Shown: piece after piece, positions 46,521 through 59,069 of the stretch | Layout of the letters: every line of letters starts with the position of its first letter | Numbering within the stretch: position 1 is the first letter of the stretch | Source: Octopus sinensis | Taxonomy: Eukaryota | NCBI RefSeq assembly: GCF_006345805.1 | Contig: NC_043014.1 | Span: 32,612,001-32,676,000 of the forward strand | Reading direction: 5' to 3' | Length of the DNA stretch: 64,000 bases | Notes under the pieces: generated by a model | Database searches by the model: none | Seen by the model: the letters and a program-made list of their open reading frames with translations, nothing else | Told to the model about the DNA's origin: nothing | Program-made: the position numbers and the translations under genes

Positions 46521-47614
46521 TAGTTATAGTTCATGGTTTAGCACTATGTAAATGTGGATTTGGTGTGTGTGGAGTGAGTAAATGGAGGGTAGGTAGTTGG
46601 CAGGTAAGTAAGTAGACACTAGTGTACATAACTGGGTGTTTAGGTGAATAACTGAGAAATCAATGGAGTTTGTGAGGAGACTCTTGGGGTGGCCAGTTCA
46701 ATTCTGAATCCAGACAGTCTTTTGTTTTTCTGTATATGAGCTTGTATTAAAACCCCTGTTATGCTTTTTGATAACGGTAGGTCATGCTGGAGCAGACAGA
46801 CTTGGACTCATTTTCTAAATTAAAGACTGAATGGTCATGCCAGGAAAGCTTTTAGTCACCAGTTTCAAATTTTGGCACGCGGCCAGAAAATTTGGTGGTG
46901 GGTACCTAGTGGTTTCAACAACCCCCATGTTTGACAGGTAATTATTTTATTGATCCTTGAAATGAATGAAATGCAAACATTAACAACAGTTTATCAGCAG
47001 TTGCATTAACAACAACAACAACATCAACAAAAATACCCACTACATATTCTTAACAACAACCACAACAATAGCAGTAACAACAACAACAACAATAACAACT
47101 GTATCAGAAACAGCATCGTTAATATTGTAAATTGAACAAGAGCAATAACAACAAATACCAGGTAATATGCAAAACCAAGGTGTGAATAAAAGGCCCGTCA
47201 TCCAGAAGTTACCTTCTGTTTGTTTTGTAGGTAGGTCCAACATCTGTTTCTAGTTTGCCAGGCTTATCATGTGTTCATAATATTACCAATTTTTGCTAGT
47301 TGAGTGGACTAGAAGAACATGAAATGAATACAATGCACTGCCTGGTCCAGGAACCAAGAAAACCATATTTTTATGATCATGAGTCCAACACTCTAACTAC
47401 TAAGTTACATGTCTCCACCAATAATAAAAGCAAAACAAAAATTACAGCTACAACATCAATAACAATAATATTAACAACAATAACAGTGACAATAATAGAA
47501 ATAGCAACAACAGCAACAACAACATCAATAGCAACTACATTAACAACAACTACAATTACAATTTTGGTAGCAACAATAGTAACAATAATAATGAAAACAG
47601 AATCATCATTATTA

Positions 47615-47960
47615 CATACTCTTTTACTCTTTTACATGTTTCAGTCATTTGACTGAGGCCATACTGGAGCAACGCCTTCTAGTCAAGCAAATCGACCCCA
47701 GGACTTATTCTTTGTAAGCTTAGTACTTATTCTATCAGTCTCTTTTGCCAAACCGCTAAGACACGGGGATGAAAACACACCAGCATCTGTTGTCAAGCGA
47801 TGTTGGGGGGACAAATACAGACACACAAACATATACACACGCACATACATATATATATATATACACATATATACAATGGGCTTCATTCAGTTTCCGTCTA
47901 CCAAATCCATTCACACTTGCCCAAGGTGCCACGCAGTGGGACTGAACCTGGAACCAAGCA
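47615..47960 (-). mobile_element. SINE family A
   Basis: CTTTTACATGTTTCAGTCATTTGACTG...GTGGGACTGAACCTGGAACC; small internal deletion. Confidence 0.85.
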
Positions 47961-48337
47961 GTAGTAGTAGTAGTAGTAGTAGTGGTAGTCATGGTGCTCG
48001 TGGTGGAGGAGGTGATGGTGTTGTTGTTGTTGGTGGTGGTGGTGGTGGTAGTGTTGATGGTAGTGGTGGCAAATTATTTATAATAATTTACTTTTCTCTA
48101 TTGGCATGTTATTACTTTTCCATTTTCTGCCATTTATTTCTACATTCATTGATAGATTTTTTTTTATTATGCTTGGTAGTGGTTTAGTTTTGCTCCCTGT
48201 AATCTTCCTGGAGGGCAAATCCACTTCCTTTTTTTTTAATATTTTAGCGTTAGACAGTAGAATAAAAATGAAAATATTTTTAAGAGCCAACTTTGTTTTC
48301 TAACCTTAGCAGGGGTTGCCCTTCCAAAAATAACTAC

Positions 48338-49040
48338 TTTTTATCTTTTACTTGTTTCAGTCATTTGACTGTCATCATGCTGACGAAGGGTTTTAGTTGA
48401 ATAAATCGACCCCAGGACATTTTTTTAAGCCTTGTACTTATTCTCTCAGTTTCTTTTGCTGAATCAATAGATTACAGGGACATAAACACACCAACACTAG
48501 CTGTCAAGTAGTGTGGTGGGGGGGGGGGAACAAACAGAGACACAAAAGACACACACATGCAGGAGTGGCTGTGTGGTAAGTAGCTTGCTTACCAACCACA
48601 TGGTTTTGGGTTCATTCCCACTGCGTGGTACCTTGGGCAAGTGTCTTCTACAATAGCCTCAGGCCGACAAAAGCCTTGTGAGTGGATTTGGTAGACAGAA
48701 ACTGAAAGAAGCCCATCATATATATGTATACATATATAAATATATATATATATATATGTATGCTTGTGTGCATATGTTTGCATGTCTTTGTCCCCCAACA
48801 TCGCTTGACATCCAATGGTGGTGTGTTTATGTCCCCGTAACTTTGCGGTTCAGCAAAAGAGATCAATAGAATAAGTACTAGGCTTCCAAAGTATAAGCCC
48901 TGGGGTCGATTTCCTCGACTAAAGGCGGTGCTCCAGCATGGCCACAGTCAAATGACTAAAACAAGTAAAAGAGTATAGATATATACATATCTGTCTATAT
49001 AAATGATAGGATTCTTTCAGTTTCCATCTGCCAAATGCAT
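48338..49040. mobile_element. SINE A (+, 48558-48975) nested in the linker of an older SINE A (-)
   Basis: Minus 3' half 48338-48557, then the complete plus copy, then the minus copy resumes (TTCTTTCAGTTTCCATCTGCCAAAT at about 49010). Confidence 0.8.
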
Positions 49041-49200
49041 CCCGGGGTTTAGTTGTGAGAGCAGTCAAGTTTAGTTCAGATATTCTCATTTTAAAAATCA
49101 CCTCCAGCTAATCATTGAGAAGATGTTGGTGTTGCCTTGGTTGAGGTTTGTGCTCTCTGGGTGCTCTTGTTATTATTTTTTTCATTATTATCATTATTAT

Positions 49201-49424
49201 TCAGGGACCTTTTGAACAGGATGGGCTATTCAATCTGAAGAAAATTCTAACTGGTGCCACCTGCAAGGTCATGTGCTGTTTATCTCGATATGAGATCACC
49301 ATGTCATACACATAGGGTTGTGATGTATGTGCCTGATGTAGCCTTATCAGATGTGTAGTCATGATGGATATATTGGGCTTCATACTCCAGTATCACTTTG
49401 ATCACATGCACTGCTCTCTCACTC

Positions 49425-49425
<1 letters not shown>
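49201..49425 (-). mobile_element. Unclassified 225-bp interspersed repeat ending in (AAT)n on the minus strand
   Basis: Balanced-composition unique block between (TTA)n and (AAT)n. Recalled as a common octopus repeat; not verified. Confidence 0.4.
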
Positions 49426-49461
<36 letters not shown>

Positions 49462-49472
49462 TAATAAAAAAT

Positions 49473-49833
49473 TTTAAAAATGCTTTCTAAATGATGTATC
49501 AATACCGGCAGATGACAATATGTCTCTAAAAGAAATGGAGAAACTTTCAAAATACAAAGACCTGGAAATAGAGGTAACCAGAATGTGGAATCTAAAAACA
49601 GAAACAATTCCTATCATAGTAGGTGCATTAGGCATGATAAAAAAATATTCAGACAAATACATAACAAAAACACCAGGACTTACAAACACATATAACATAC
49701 AGAAAATTGCACTACTAGGCACTGCACACATCCTACGCAGAACACTTTCCATACAATAACCATCAGAGCATCACAACAAATCACAGCACATACCCAAGGC
49801 ACACAGAGCTGCGCTATAAAAATAAAACTACTG
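49473..49833 (+). mobile_element. 5'-truncated R4/Dong-like RLE retrotransposon 3' end
   Basis: KCFLNDVSIPADDNMSLKEMEKLSKYKDLEIEVTRMWNLKTETIPIIVGALG...KIALLGTAHILRRTL (ORF 49520..49759), short 3' UTR, (AAT)n on both sides. Confidence 0.9.
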
Positions 49834-49893
49834 AATGATAATAATAATAATAATATAATAATGATAATGATGATGGTGATAATAATAATAATA

Positions 49894-49899
<6 letters not shown>

Positions 49900-49979
<80 letters not shown>

Positions 49980-51595
49980 ATTATAATAATAATAATAGTA
50001 ATGATAATAGTTATAGTTATAGTAATAATGTGATACATAGTCACACTGATATGTCACTTGGAAAATTATACATATTTTCGAACAGTAGTTTAGTAGTGCT
50101 ATCTCTAGCCAAGCAGTTATTCTGTGCCTAGGAAGAGAGATAACCCAGAAACTGCACTCCACAGATATTGCTTTGTGCTGAGTGGAGATGCTAGACTCTC
50201 CAATTTGAAAATATAAGGACACAGTGTGTCTTATGGCTAGCTGGAGGCAATGTTTCCTGGGGCTAAATAACAGTAACATTCGTCCAAACTAGGACTGCCA
50301 CATTATGTTGGCAAATAATCTTTACTTTACAATTAAATAAAGTATTCTCTTTTACTCTGTTACTTGTTTCAGTCATTTGACTGCGGCCATGCTGGAACAC
50401 CAACTTAAAAGGTTGTTTAGTTGAAGAAATCAACCCCAGGATTTATTCTTTGTAAGCCTTGTACTATCAGTCTCTTTTAGCTGAACTGCTAAGCTACATG
50501 GACGTAAACATACAACCATAGGTTGTCAAGTTATGGTGGAGGGAGAAACACACACAGGGCCTGGTGCAGCCCACTAGTTTGCCAGACCTCAGTCAAACCA
50601 TCCAACCTATGCCAGTATTGAAAGTAACGTTAAATGATGATGATGATGATGATTATGATGATGATGATGAGATGATGATGATGATGATATGTATACAATG
50701 GGCTTCTTTCAGTTTCTGTCTACCAAATTCATTCACAGTGGCTTTGGTCACCCAGAGGCTATAGTAGAAGACACTTCCCCAAGGTGCCACACAGAGGGAC
50801 TGAACCGAGAGCCATGTGGTTAGGAAGCAAGCTTCTTACCACACAGCCATGCCTGCACCTATACTAGGCAAGATTTGAACTCAGAACCAACTAGAATGAA
50901 AACCAGTAGGACGTAACATAAATATATAAGGTACAGGCAAAGCCGATAGAATTTACCTCAGTGTATGACTGGTATTTGTGTTAGAAATGTCCCATCACAC
51001 ATTACAACTCTCATATCACCTCTAGTCTAAAAGAGATGACATTGACATTACCAGAATTTGATTTTGGAACAAAAGGAAATCAAAACAATACACTTTTAAG
51101 TATCTGCTCCATCACATGTCTTTCTGCCATCTTTAGTAATTAAATAAACAAACAAATAATGAGGCCAACAATAATATATAATAATGATAATAATGATAAT
51201 AATAAAAATAATAACAATGATGATTTTGCTGGTTGGTGGCAGCTGTGGTGGTGATGGTGATGGTGGTGGTGGTGGTGGTGGTGGTTTTGGTGGTGGTGGT
51301 GGTGTGGTGGTGGTGATAATGATGATGGTGATGGCAGTGGTGGTGGTGGTGTGGTGGTGGTGGTAACAATAGCAATAACAAGAATGATAGTGATGGTGAT
51401 AATGATTTTCTAATATTTCTAATAATAATAGTATTGACAAGAACAACGACAATGCAAACAACAACAGCGACGATGAAGAGAAGGATGATGATGATGACAA
51501 TGGTGATGATGATAATGATGATGATGACGATGATGATGACAGCAATGACAGCAACAATGATGATGACAATGGTGATGATGATAATGATGATGGTG

Positions 51596-51628
<33 letters not shown>

Positions 51629-51652
51629 TAATAATAATAATAATAATAATAA

Positions 51653-51731
<79 letters not shown>

Positions 51732-53330
51732 ATTATAATAATAATAATAGTAATGATAATAGTTATAGTTATAGTAATAATGTGATACATAGTCACACTG
51801 ATATGTCACTTGGAAAATTATACATATTTTCGAACAGTAGTTTAGTAGTGCTATCTCTAGCCAAGCAGTTATTCTGTGCCTAGGAAGAGAGATAACCCAG
51901 AAACTGCACTCCACAGATATTGCTTTGTGCTGAGTGGAGATGCTAGACTCTCCAATTTGAAAATATAAGGACACAGTGTGTCTTATGGCTAGCTGGAGGC
52001 AATGTTTCCTGGGGCTAAATAACAGTAACATTCGTCCAAACTAGGACTGCCACATTATGTTGGCAAATAATCTTTACTTACAATTAAATAAAGTATTCTC
52101 TTTTACTCTGTTACTTGTTTCAGTCATTTGACTGCGGCCATGCTGGAACACCAACTTAAAAGGTTGTTTAGTTGAAGAAATCAACCCCAGGATTTATTCT
52201 TTGTAAGCCTTGTACTATCAGTCTCTTTTAGCTGAACTGCTAAGCTACATGGACGTAAACATACAACCATAGGTTGTCAAGTTATGGTGGAGGGAGAAAC
52301 ACACACAGGGCCTGGTGCAGCCCACTAGTTTGCCAGACCTCAGTCAAACCATCCAACCTATGCCAGTATTGAAAGTAAACGTTAAATGATGATGATGATG
52401 ATGATTATGATGATGATGATGAGATGATGATGATGATGATATGTATACAATGGGCTTCTTTCAGTTTCTGTCTACCAAATTCATTCACAGTGGCTTTGGT
52501 CACCCAGAGGCTATAGTAGAAGACACTTCCCCAAGGTGCCACACAGAGGGACTGAACCGAGAGCCATGTGGTTAGGAAGCAAGCTTCTTACCACACAGCC
52601 ATGCCTGCACCTATACTAGGCAAGATTTGAACTCAGAACCAACTAGAATGAAAACCAGTAGGACGTAACATAAATATATAAGGTACAGGCAAAGCCGATA
52701 GAATTTACCTCAGTGTATGACTGGTATTTGTGTTAGAAATGTCCCATCACACATTACAACTCTCATATCACCTCTAGTCTAAAAGAGATGACATTGACAT
52801 TACCAGAATTTGATTTTGGAACAAAAGGAAATCAAAACAATACACTTTTAAGTATCTGCTCCATCACATGTCTTTCTGCCATCTTTAGTAATTAAATAAA
52901 CAAACAAATAATGAGGCCAACAATAATATATAATAATGATAATAATGATAATAATAAAAATAATAACAATGATGATTTTGCTGGTTGGTGGCAGCTGTGG
53001 TGGTGATGGTGATGGTGGTGGTGGTGGTGGTGGTTTTGGTGGTGGTGGTGGTGGTGGTGGTGGTGATAATGATGATGGTGATGGCAGTGGTGGTGGTGGT
53101 GGTAACAATAGCAATAACAAGAATGATAGTGATGGTGATAATGATTTTCTAATATTTCTAATAATAATAGTATTGACAAGAACAACGACAATGCAAACAA
53201 CAACAGCGACGATGAAGAGAAGGATGATGATGATGACAATGGTGATGATGATAATGATGATGATGACGATGATGATGACAGCAATGACAGCAACAATGAT
53301 GATGACAATGATGATGATACTGCTGCTGAG
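49900..53330. repeat. Near-identical tandem duplication, period about 1752 bp, breakpoints in (TAA)n
   Basis: ORF ends 50279/52031 and 51096/52848 are offset by 1752. Each unit holds a MITE fragment, SINE A(-) with a SINE C tail in its linker, a SINE B fragment and trinucleotide repeats. Confidence 0.95.
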
Positions 53331-53364
53331 GATAATAAAAAAATAAAGAATAATAATAATGATG

Positions 53365-53406
<42 letters not shown>

Positions 53407-54318
53407 TAACAACAACGAGAGCAATAACAAAGACATTAATAGCATTAAGAACTCAACAAAAAAATATCAAGAAAAAACCCAAAACACACACACACACACA
53501 CACACAACATACTATCAACACCCATCACCGACACCACCACTCAACACTCATATACACATATATACACACATATATAACCATTATATAGAGCAAAATTACA
53601 AAGGCAACGTAAGAGATGAAACAAAGAAAAAAGTAGCAGTTATGTTGCACAATGGGCAACTAATGCACATTGCAGCATTTAATTCAATCAACTGCAGAGG
53701 CTTGTAATCTTTTGATGTAGTCTATATCATTTCTCCTTCTACACTAGAATCATAAATACAATGAGAATATGTTATGTTTATGTACATATGTACCTATTAT
53801 GCACATGTGTGTGTGTGTATGTGAGTGTGCATGTCTTTATGTGTTTGTATTTGCATGCATATGTGTGCATACATATATATATATTATATATATATATATA
53901 TCCATTATATATGTATATATATATATATATATACATGAATAAATGTATGTGTATACATAATATATACACATATATATATATATGCAAATATACATGCATA
54001 TGTACATCATTCTTCATAAAGTTATTTGTATGCGTGTGTATATGTAAATATATCATGCATACACACACACACACACATATACATATATATATCAGTGATA
54101 TAGCCTTTGTTTTTCTTCATAAAATATTGATAGAGAAATGTATTGTGTGTGTGTGTGTATGTGTATGTATAAACATACATATATATATATTTATTATACC
54201 TATATTATATAAGCATATATAAACACACACATATATATACATATACCTATATAAATATATATATATGTATGTTTATACATACACATACACACACATATAT
54301 ATGTTTATACATACACAT

Positions 54319-54385
<67 letters not shown>

Positions 54386-54449
54386 TATATGTGTGTCTGT
54401 GTCTGTATTTGTGCATATATGCATGTGTTGTGTATGTGCATACATCATT

Positions 54450-55005
54450 GTTATTAACACCATCTTTCTGTCTCCTATGGATTGGATAGTTTAACAAGAT
54501 CTAACAAGTTCAAGGATTGTATTGTGTCCCAATATCTACTTGTCATGGTTTCTACAGCTGGATGCCCTTCCTAATGCTAACTACTTCACAGAGTGCACAA
54601 GCAGCAGTTTTCATGGCATCAGCTCTAGTGACGTTGCCATGCTGCTTGTAAGACCCAGATCCCAATTTATTGAGTGGTGCTACAGCTGAGAGGGAGGTGG
54701 CTTTATGCTAAAATATAAGAGTTATTAGTCAAAGAAATCAACCCCAAGACTTATCCTTTGTAAGTCTAGTACTTATTCTATCAGTCTCTTTTGTCGAACT
54801 GCTAAGTTATGCGGGCATAAACACACCAGCATCGGTTATCAAGTGATGGTCCAGAGACAAACACAGGCACAAAGTCACATGCATAAATATATACATGTAT
54901 ATCAATATGGTGGCCTTCTTTAAGTTTTCCATCGACCAAATTCATTCACAAGGCTTTGGTCAGCCGGAGGCTACAGTAGAAGGCACTTGCCCAAGGTTCC
55001 AGTAT
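54450..55005 (-). mobile_element. SINE C (54450-54640) and partial SINE A (54725-55005)
   Basis: GGTTTCTACAGCTGGATGCCCTTCCTAATGCTAAC; GACTTATCCTTTGTAAG...GGCACTTGCCCAAGGT. Confidence 0.75.
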
Positions 55006-55949
55006 ATATGTATGCAATTATGTGCTTTAACTACAGCATTAGGGCTTTTTAGCTCTTATTTCTAGCAATATAGGTGTTTCTAATACCCTAGTCATATTTA
55101 GTAATGATTATAGTTTTCCTTTTTTGGTAACACATTGAGGCAGTATTAACACACACACACACACACACACACATATATGTCCCTCTTTTGGCTTTGGTGC
55201 AAAATATACTCTTGTTTGTATTGATAAGAGTGCAATTTGCACCAAAAAGTTAATATGTGAGTTTCTCACATGGTGACTACCACAGTATAGTTAGTTCTAA
55301 AAGAATATCCAGGTTTAATTGAGGATAAATAATTGAGGAGTGGTTGAAGATAAGTAACATTGGAGAAAAGGTGGAGAAGAAAGGGTAATGACTGAGAAGA
55401 TTGAGTAAGCTATAGGGGTGGATGTAGTGAATAGTGGACAAGGGTAGAGGCGTGATTAAGGATACATATGACTTGAGGGAACGTAGGAGGAATAGGTGGT
55501 GACTGATAATACAGAAAGGGATGAAGAATTGCATAATGTTAATTAGGCAATAGACAGGGAAAGAATGAAAGAAATAAAGAAAGGAAGATGATATGTAGGT
55601 GAGTTGGGTGCAAGAGTGTGAATTGGGGTAGGCATGCACAGTGCATGAGGAGAATGAGAGATGTATGGTAATGGAGAAGGAAAGATAATTTGAGTGATCA
55701 ATGGAAAATGTAATTGGAGAGGGACAATATTAAGAATGAAGAATAGATGTCCAGTGAGATGGTTCTGGGTTCTAACAAAAATAACTAGTATCAAAAAATG
55801 TTGAATGAGATATGCAGTTCTACTCTCATTTCAGTATTACAACAAAATATTGCATAATGGTAGGAACAGGAATAAGGAAATTATAGGTGGTAAGTAAGAC
55901 TTGAGCAGGAGATAAGAGGTCCAGTTATATATATATATATATATATATA

Positions 55950-56569
55950 GGAAAATGTGTTGTTGAAAATGCACTTAAATTTGAAAAACTCATAAATGTT
56001 TAAAATACATTTATTTACATATATACCAAAATAGTTTCAACAATATTTTTGTTTGTCAATGGTAAAAGTGTAAAATTAGAAAAACATCGTTATAAGTTTC
56101 AATGTTGACAAATTGAAATGTTTCAATGTTGTTAAATTATCATGTTCAAAACAGAAGGTGTAAGTTTGAAATTAAAACTGTATATTAATTTGTTAGAATG
56201 TACAAGGTTCATTAATTTCAGTGGTGGTCGAAAAGTCATACTGAAAAAAACAAGTGTGAGAATTAAAATAGTAAAAAAAGAGGAAATTGCGGTTTCTCAG
56301 ATCTTTAAACTGTCGCTTCCGTTTGCAATGGTATGTTTTAGGGAAAGATGTATTTATGAATTTTTTTCTGCGAGCGGATCTGATTTTGATTCGTTAAAAA
56401 ATTGATGACGTTTTTCTTCTGTGGTCAAGCTTGTCATTCTGCTTGGTTGGTTTCCTTGCAGGGTACAGTTATAGGTCATTCCCAGTTGGCTGGTTCTCTT
56501 GTAAATAAATGTATTTTAAACAAATACGAGCTTTTGAAATTTAAGTGCATTTTCAACAACACATTTTCC
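55950..56569. mobile_element. 620-bp element with 69-bp terminal inverted repeats, embedded in (TA)n
   Basis: 55950-56018 and 56501-56569 are inverted with 64/69 identity. TATATA abuts both ends. Confidence 0.85.
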
Positions 56570-56692
56570 TATATATTTTTCTTGCGTTGAAACACCATTC
56601 CCTCTTTTGCTATATATATATACATAAATAAGGTGGTTTTAGAGTCAAGTTTTGGCTGCTATTTCCAGCGTGGTGGCATCTCTTAGATACCC

Positions 56693-56739
<47 letters not shown>

Positions 56740-56741
<2 letters not shown>

Positions 56742-57170
56742 GTGATATGTTGTGCTTGAGAAAACCTGTCAAGCCAAGTGAAATCATAGTCATGGCCGAT
56801 TCCAGTGTTGCTTAATTGGCACCCATAATGGTAGCACATGAAAAGCGCCCTTTGAACTTTGGGCTCCACGGAGACAGTGACAAGTGACCTTTGGCACTAT
56901 GCCATGCTTGAAGACCTGTCAAGCTAAGTGAGATCACAGTCATGGTCAGTGCTAGTGTTTCATAACTGGCACCCATGCCAGTGGGACAGAAACAGCACTC
57001 ACTACACTCTCGGAGTGGTTGGTGTTAGGAAGGGCATCCAACTGTAGAAACCATGCCAAATCAGATCGAAACCTGGTGCAGCTCCCCAGCTTATCAGTTT
57101 TCAGTCAAACTGTCCAACCCATGCCAGCATGGAAAACATGTTAAATGGTGGTGATGATGATGAGGATGAG
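56740..57170 (+). mobile_element. SINE family C with two about 152-bp 5' repeat units
   Basis: CTTGA(G)AA(A/G)ACCTGTCAAGC...CTGGCACCCAT-like units at 56755 and 56907, then GGTTGGTGTTAGGAAGGGCATCC...(GAT)n. Confidence 0.85.
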
Positions 57171-57174
57171 GATG

Positions 57175-57179
<5 letters not shown>

Positions 57180-57272
<93 letters not shown>

Positions 57273-57273
57273 G

Positions 57274-57311
<38 letters not shown>

Positions 57312-57925
57312 GGCAGACAGATAGATAGATATAGTTGGTGTTAGGAAGGGTATCCAGTCATAAAAAACATGCAAAACTGATAAATGAGGAAGGGGAGGAG
57401 GGGAGGAGGAGGAGGAGGACTAGGACGAGGACGACGACAACGATGACGACGATGATGATTATGATGGTGATGATATATACGCACATCATGCTTCTAAAAT
57501 CTTAGTTTCACTGAGATAAGTGGGTCTTCTCAAATTGAGGACTGAGCTTTGCCTTCACACAAAATTTATCACTAACATACATAGCTCATACAGCCTTCAC
57601 ATGCCATTTATCTACTCCTAGTTTCTTTAGGTACCACTAAATTACTGAGCCTGGTATCCTGTCTAATATCTTTTCAAGGTTAATAAATACTAGAAACAGT
57701 GGTTTACTATTAAGCAAGTATTTCTCCTGCAGTTGCTTCTCTATGAAGATTACATCCATGGTAACTCAAACTGCATCTCATTCAGCTCTACTCTGTCATG
57801 GATCAAATACATTACGTCTCTCTCAAAGACCTTCATAAACAAATCAAGCAGTTTGAGTCCTCTATAATTTCCACTCATTAATGTGCATTTTTTTTTGACA
57901 TTGTAGCATATATGTTTGTTCATAT

Positions 57926-57962
<37 letters not shown>

Positions 57963-57979
57963 CAGACAGACAAACAGAC

Positions 57980-58014
<35 letters not shown>

Positions 58015-58081
58015 CAGACATGCATACATACATACATACAGACAGACAGACAGACAGACAGATAGATAGATAGATAGACAT

Positions 58082-58114
<33 letters not shown>

Positions 58115-58155
58115 TAGATAGATAGATAGATAGACAGACAGACAAACAGACAGAC

Positions 58156-58228
<73 letters not shown>

Positions 58229-58290
58229 TAGATGTAGTTGTGTGTGTGTGAGTGTATGCGTGAGTGTGCATGTGCACGTGTGTGCATGTG
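57180..58290. repeat. (GATA)n/(GACA)n arrays at 57200-57330 and 57925-58230, plus GAG/GAC trinucleotide runs
   Basis: Directly visible. Confidence 0.95.
57500..57910 (-). mobile_element. RTE LINE reverse-transcriptase remnant
   Basis: NYRGLKLLDLFMKVFERDVMYLIHDRVELNEMQFE (end of ORF 57750..58277) matches the RTE RT domain 2-3 pattern YRGIKLL...MKV-ER...EMQFGF; decayed continuation downstream. Confidence 0.8.
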
Positions 58291-58717
58291 TGTGTGTGTT
58301 TCTTTGAATGTGAATTTTATTATTTATTCTAACAATGTTTGCATAATAGATAGTGAGGGTGCCAACTGCTATGTAAACTATAAAGTCATTGATGATATAC
58401 AACATCTGAAATTTAACTTAGGTGATAACTAAATAATCCCTGTTAATGTCACTTCAGTCGTTGATAGCCGTAAGGAACTCAATTGTATGTTTAATAGTAA
58501 TTACAATGTTAGCAATGACTTTAGTGGTAGAAGCCGTAATCTAAATATATGGAGAAATCAGGCAAATAGCAATAACAGTAATAGTAATAGTAATGTAAAT
58601 TATAATAGCAATGATAGCTACAGATGTAATAATAGTACTGGTGATATAGTTCCTGTGGATATACAACCAATAAAATATTGTGTAACACAGAAGACCAGTA
58701 AAATGCCTACTGAATAA
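58285..58717 (+). other. Asn/Ser-rich near-open frame (orphan exon or TE-ORF remnant candidate)
   Basis: ORFs 58238..58432 and 58487..58717 share a frame, with one stop in about 144 codons. No recognisable domain. Confidence 0.25.
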
Positions 58718-58781
58718 TAATGTTTAACATAGAATGTTGTTTATAAATGCTCAATTATCATTTGAAGTCAGGTCTTTATAT

Positions 58782-58835
<54 letters not shown>

Positions 58836-58916
58836 GTAGGTACTGTAAATTTAGAGTGAATACTTGTTAAGTGTAAGCACCTGTATATGCCAGATAGTGG
58901 CAGAGGTGAGAGAATG

Positions 58917-59005
58917 TATCAAATATAAATTAAAAACAGAACACAAAGGATATTGCAGATGTGTACCACGATATCCTTTGTGTTCTGTTTTTAATTTATA
59001 TTTGA

Positions 59006-59007
<2 letters not shown>
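58917..59007. other. Perfect 37-bp inverted repeat with a 17-nt loop, abutting (TA)n
   Basis: TATCAAATATAAATTAAAAACAGAACACAAAGGATAT at 58917-58953; exact reverse complement at 58971-59007. Confidence 0.95.
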
Positions 59008-59066
<59 letters not shown>

Positions 59067-59069
<3 letters not shown>

